27,807 nucleotides of DNA from a virus (lineage: Duplodnaviria > Caudoviricetes): positions 1 through 27,807 of the IMG/VR virus record IMGVR_UViG_3300036779_000039; one strand, 5' to 3'. The translations under genes were made by a program, and so were the position numbers. Below are positions 25,753 to 27,807 of this stretch, in pieces. The first letter of the stretch is position 1, and every line of letters starts with the position of its first letter. The notes below the pieces were generated by a model, which was given only the letters and a program-made list of their open reading frames with translations, had not been told where the DNA came from and made no database searches.

Positions 25753-26249
25753 TTGAAGCTGCCAATGCGTTTGGCACGCGGCTTGCTGTCGGAATTGCCC
25801 GGCTTGCCTGCGCCTGCTGGCTTGCCAATCGGGCCGAACTGGCTCTGACCGCCCTCACCAGTTTTGCCAACCCTACCGCCCTTGGCAAACCCTGACGCGG
25901 TGGGGGTCATCGGTGGCACATTGCTGGGTGGCACATTGCTGGGTGGCACCGCCGCTCCGCCATTGGCGAAGCCACCCGAACCACCCATACCGCCTCCGCC
26001 ACCGGGAGGCGCGCTGCCACCCGGCATGGGAGGAGCGCCGCCAACCGGAGGAGCCATCGGCGGCTTGGGAGCCATCGGTGGTCTGGGCGCGGCTCCCAGC
26101 CCTCCTCCTAAGCCGCCACCGGGAGGTCCGCCTGCGGGAGCACCGGGCGCGTGGCCCGCCATCGGCGTTCTCGGCATGGGCGGCTTCATGCCGCCACCAC
26201 CCATCTTCTTCCCGCCCGGTCCTGCCATCGCTCGGTTTCTCGCCATCAT
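25749..26249 (-). CDS. Gly/Pro/Met-rich low-complexity protein with FAxGG motifs
   Basis: GAGGT SD; GFANGG and GFAKGG motifs. Confidence 0.65.
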   Translation of the reverse strand: MMARNRAMAGPGGKKMGGGGMKPPMPRTPMAGHAPGAPAGGPPGGGLGGGLGAAPRPPMAPKPPMAPPVGGAPPMPGGSAPPGGGGGMGGSGGFANGGAAVPPSNVPPSNVPPMTPTASGFAKGGRVGKTGEGGQSQFGPIGKPAGAGKPGNSDSKPRAKRIGSFK

Positions 26250-26262
26250 CTCACCTCTTCCG

Positions 26263-26277
26263 TCACTCTGAGAGTTA
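26263..26277. promoter_or_regulatory. Intergenic copy of the palindrome, overlapping the portal TAA stop
   Basis: TCACTCTGAGAGTTA. Confidence 0.6.
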
Positions 26278-27807
26278 AGTGGGTCCGCCTTGGTTCACCA
26301 AGTTTGTCCTTAAACCCGCACTACCTGCGGGTTTAGCTTGGGGAGGCCCAGCTTGCGGAGTCGGCGGGCCAGACGGCGAGGGAGGAGGACCGCCCGGCCC
26401 GCCTTGTGCACCACCGGGCGAAGGAGGTCCGCTGCCACCCGGAGGTCCAGCAACCGGGCCTTGGCCCGGTTGTCCCTGTTGCATCTGCATGGCTTGCATA
26501 GCCTGCTGCTGCTTGTCCTTTTGATCCATCTCGGTATCGGATGGGACGATGTTCTCGCCCGGCATGCCGATCTCGGTGGCGACCGACCGAAGCACCTGCG
26601 CCCGCCCCTTCGGCCCGATGATCCCCATATCGATGGGGTTGGCGGTGATTTGCAGAAACTCAAGCTGCCGCGCGCGTTGGGTTTCGCGTTGCTGAGCGAC
26701 GGCCACGCCCAACACCCGGATCTTCTCTTCGCCCGTCAGCAAGCCGGTCTGGTCGGTCAGCATGACCATATCGAGCAGCCCGTTGATCACTGGCTCGATG
26801 ATATCCCTATCGATGTTCGACGCCACTGTTTGAAGGATCTTGGAAGAGTTCTGCATCAGCATAGAAAGCCCACTGGCGGTTCTTCCCAACCCGCCAGTGG
26901 GAGGCGAACCCGTCATGAATTTCGGGATCGCTGAGTGTTCATCAGCCATACCAGAGAACGCCATATAGACCTGAAGAAGCTCCTGAGAGTTCGACGCGGG
27001 GGAGAAGAACTCGACGGCTTTTTCGGTGTTGTTGCCGAACGGATCAGATTTGACATGCCAGCGCTTCCACGGGTACATCTGCTCGCCGTCTTCACCATCG
27101 GAGAGACGATCATCGTTGATGATCGCCTGCGGGCCAGACGAAATAGAAAGATTGTTAACCATCGCTCTCAAGGTCGCGTTCATCACCGAGGCAATGTCGC
27201 TCAGAAGATCAGGCAGGCCATTGCCGCACGGGTTGCCGGGAACCTTCTCAAAGCTGGTGGTGTAGTATTGGTGGCGCTTGCGTGGGCTAGGAGCCATCTG
27301 CACCTTGATGATGTGCCGCCCGATCAGCCACGCATTGATGAAGTAATCGCGCATCGGGTCTGGCACGAGGGAAGGGTCCATGCCCATCTCTAAACAAAAT
27401 CTACCTTGGGCGTTGCCTTGAAACTCTAAGCAGGCGATCAACCCGGATTGGTTAAATCTTGGATCTTCGCGACTCTCCAGAATAGCTCTCTCGGCGTCCG
27501 TCTGGTCCCAGTTATCCACCAGACCACCACGTCCGTACTCATCAAGGACTGCACGTACTTCGTCAGTGTTGAAGCCGGGGAGATCAAGAAGGTCGTTGAG
27601 TTCAGCGCGGGTAAGACGAGATCGTTGAATGACATTGGCATCCTCGATATTCGCTACGCCGGGCGTCCAATAAATGTCAAACGGCGAAACCCTTTCCCAA
27701 CACATCACCGGCACGTCTACAACCTGCGGACGCGCCACTTGAGGAGCTTTTTTGGGGGCCGCACTCTGAGAGTTAGGGTTGGGAGAGAGCGCGCCACCGG
27801 GAGGATT
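26275..27807 (-). CDS. Portal (head-tail connector) protein, 5' end beyond the window
   Basis: The frame is open to the right edge. ERVSPFDIYW, GNGLPDLLSDI..VMNATLRAMVNNLSISSGPQ, GRTASGLSML, NIDRDIIEP are podoviral portal motifs; Gln/Pro-rich tail. Confidence 0.88.
   Translation of the reverse strand, partial: NPPGGALSPNPNSQSAAPKKAPQVARPQVVDVPVMCWERVSPFDIYWTPGVANIEDANVIQRSRLTRAELNDLLDLPGFNTDEVRAVLDEYGRGGLVDNWDQTDAERAILESREDPRFNQSGLIACLEFQGNAQGRFCLEMGMDPSLVPDPMRDYFINAWLIGRHIIKVQMAPSPRKRHQYYTTSFEKVPGNPCGNGLPDLLSDIASVMNATLRAMVNNLSISSGPQAIINDDRLSDGEDGEQMYPWKRWHVKSDPFGNNTEKAVEFFSPASNSQELLQVYMAFSGMADEHSAIPKFMTGSPPTGGLGRTASGLSMLMQNSSKILQTVASNIDRDIIEPVINGLLDMVMLTDQTGLLTGEEKIRVLGVAVAQQRETQRARQLEFLQITANPIDMGIIGPKGRAQVLRSVATEIGMPGENIVPSDTEMDQKDKQQQAMQAMQMQQGQPGQGPVAGPPGGSGPPSPGGAQGGPGGPPPSPSGPPTPQAGPPQAKPAGSAGLRTNLVNQGGPT

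Larger units (their letters stand above)
810..27773. repeat. Dispersed palindrome family T(C/A)ACTCYNRGAGT(G/T)A, 18 copies of the core
   Basis: 11-bp ACTC-N3-GAGT cores start at 810, 2116, 2821, 3090, 5779, 7327, 8870, 10367, 11432, 13162, 13521, 17293, 18871, 21595, 23432, 24729, 26265 and 27763 (read by eye). Confidence 0.92.

Noticed and set aside
9244-26990. One-mismatch copies of the palindrome (e.g. ~9244, ~13413, ~26979)
   Set aside because: Several single-mismatch hits are expected by chance and their flanks do not match; not counted.
87-27393. Numerous plus-strand and alternate-frame ORFs in the track
   Set aside because: They are shadows of GC-rich minus-strand genes, with no recognisable motifs, and overlap a coherent coupled operon.
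810-27773. Dispersed motif as CtrA box, alphaproteobacterial LexA box, CcrM site or N4 vRNAP hairpin promoter
   Set aside because: It does not fit TTAA-N7-TTAA, GTTC-N7-GTTC or GANTC. Only 2 of 18 spacers (GCA) are GNA loops, and the sites lie throughout late genes.
1-27807. Specific phage genus, host, lifestyle, tRNA/rRNA, integrase or terminase
   Set aside because: None can be supported from this window; no such genes were recognised.

Overview
This window is the late/morphogenesis module of a GC-rich, podovirus-like dsDNA phage or prophage. All credible genes are on the minus strand and tightly coupled (many TGATG/ATGA/GTGA overlaps). In transcription order (right to left) they are: portal (5'-truncated), a cluster of small genes including an Acb2/Tad1-like nucleotide-sponge candidate, scaffold, major capsid protein, two head-tail adaptors, five modular tail-fibre genes, tail nozzle, GNAT acetyltransferase, and three internal/ejection proteins (one with a Peptidase_S74-like domain, one with a lytic transglycosylase domain, one running off the left edge and missing from the ORF track). 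The strongest unexplained signal is a dispersed 15-bp palindrome, T(C/A)ACTCYNRGAGT(G/T)A. I counted 18 copies of its ACTC-N3-GAGT core by eye, against roughly 0.3-0.4 expected by chance. It occurs inside genes in different reading frames and in five gene junctions, often about 1.5 kb apart. All family assignments come from motif recall and synteny, not from database searches.
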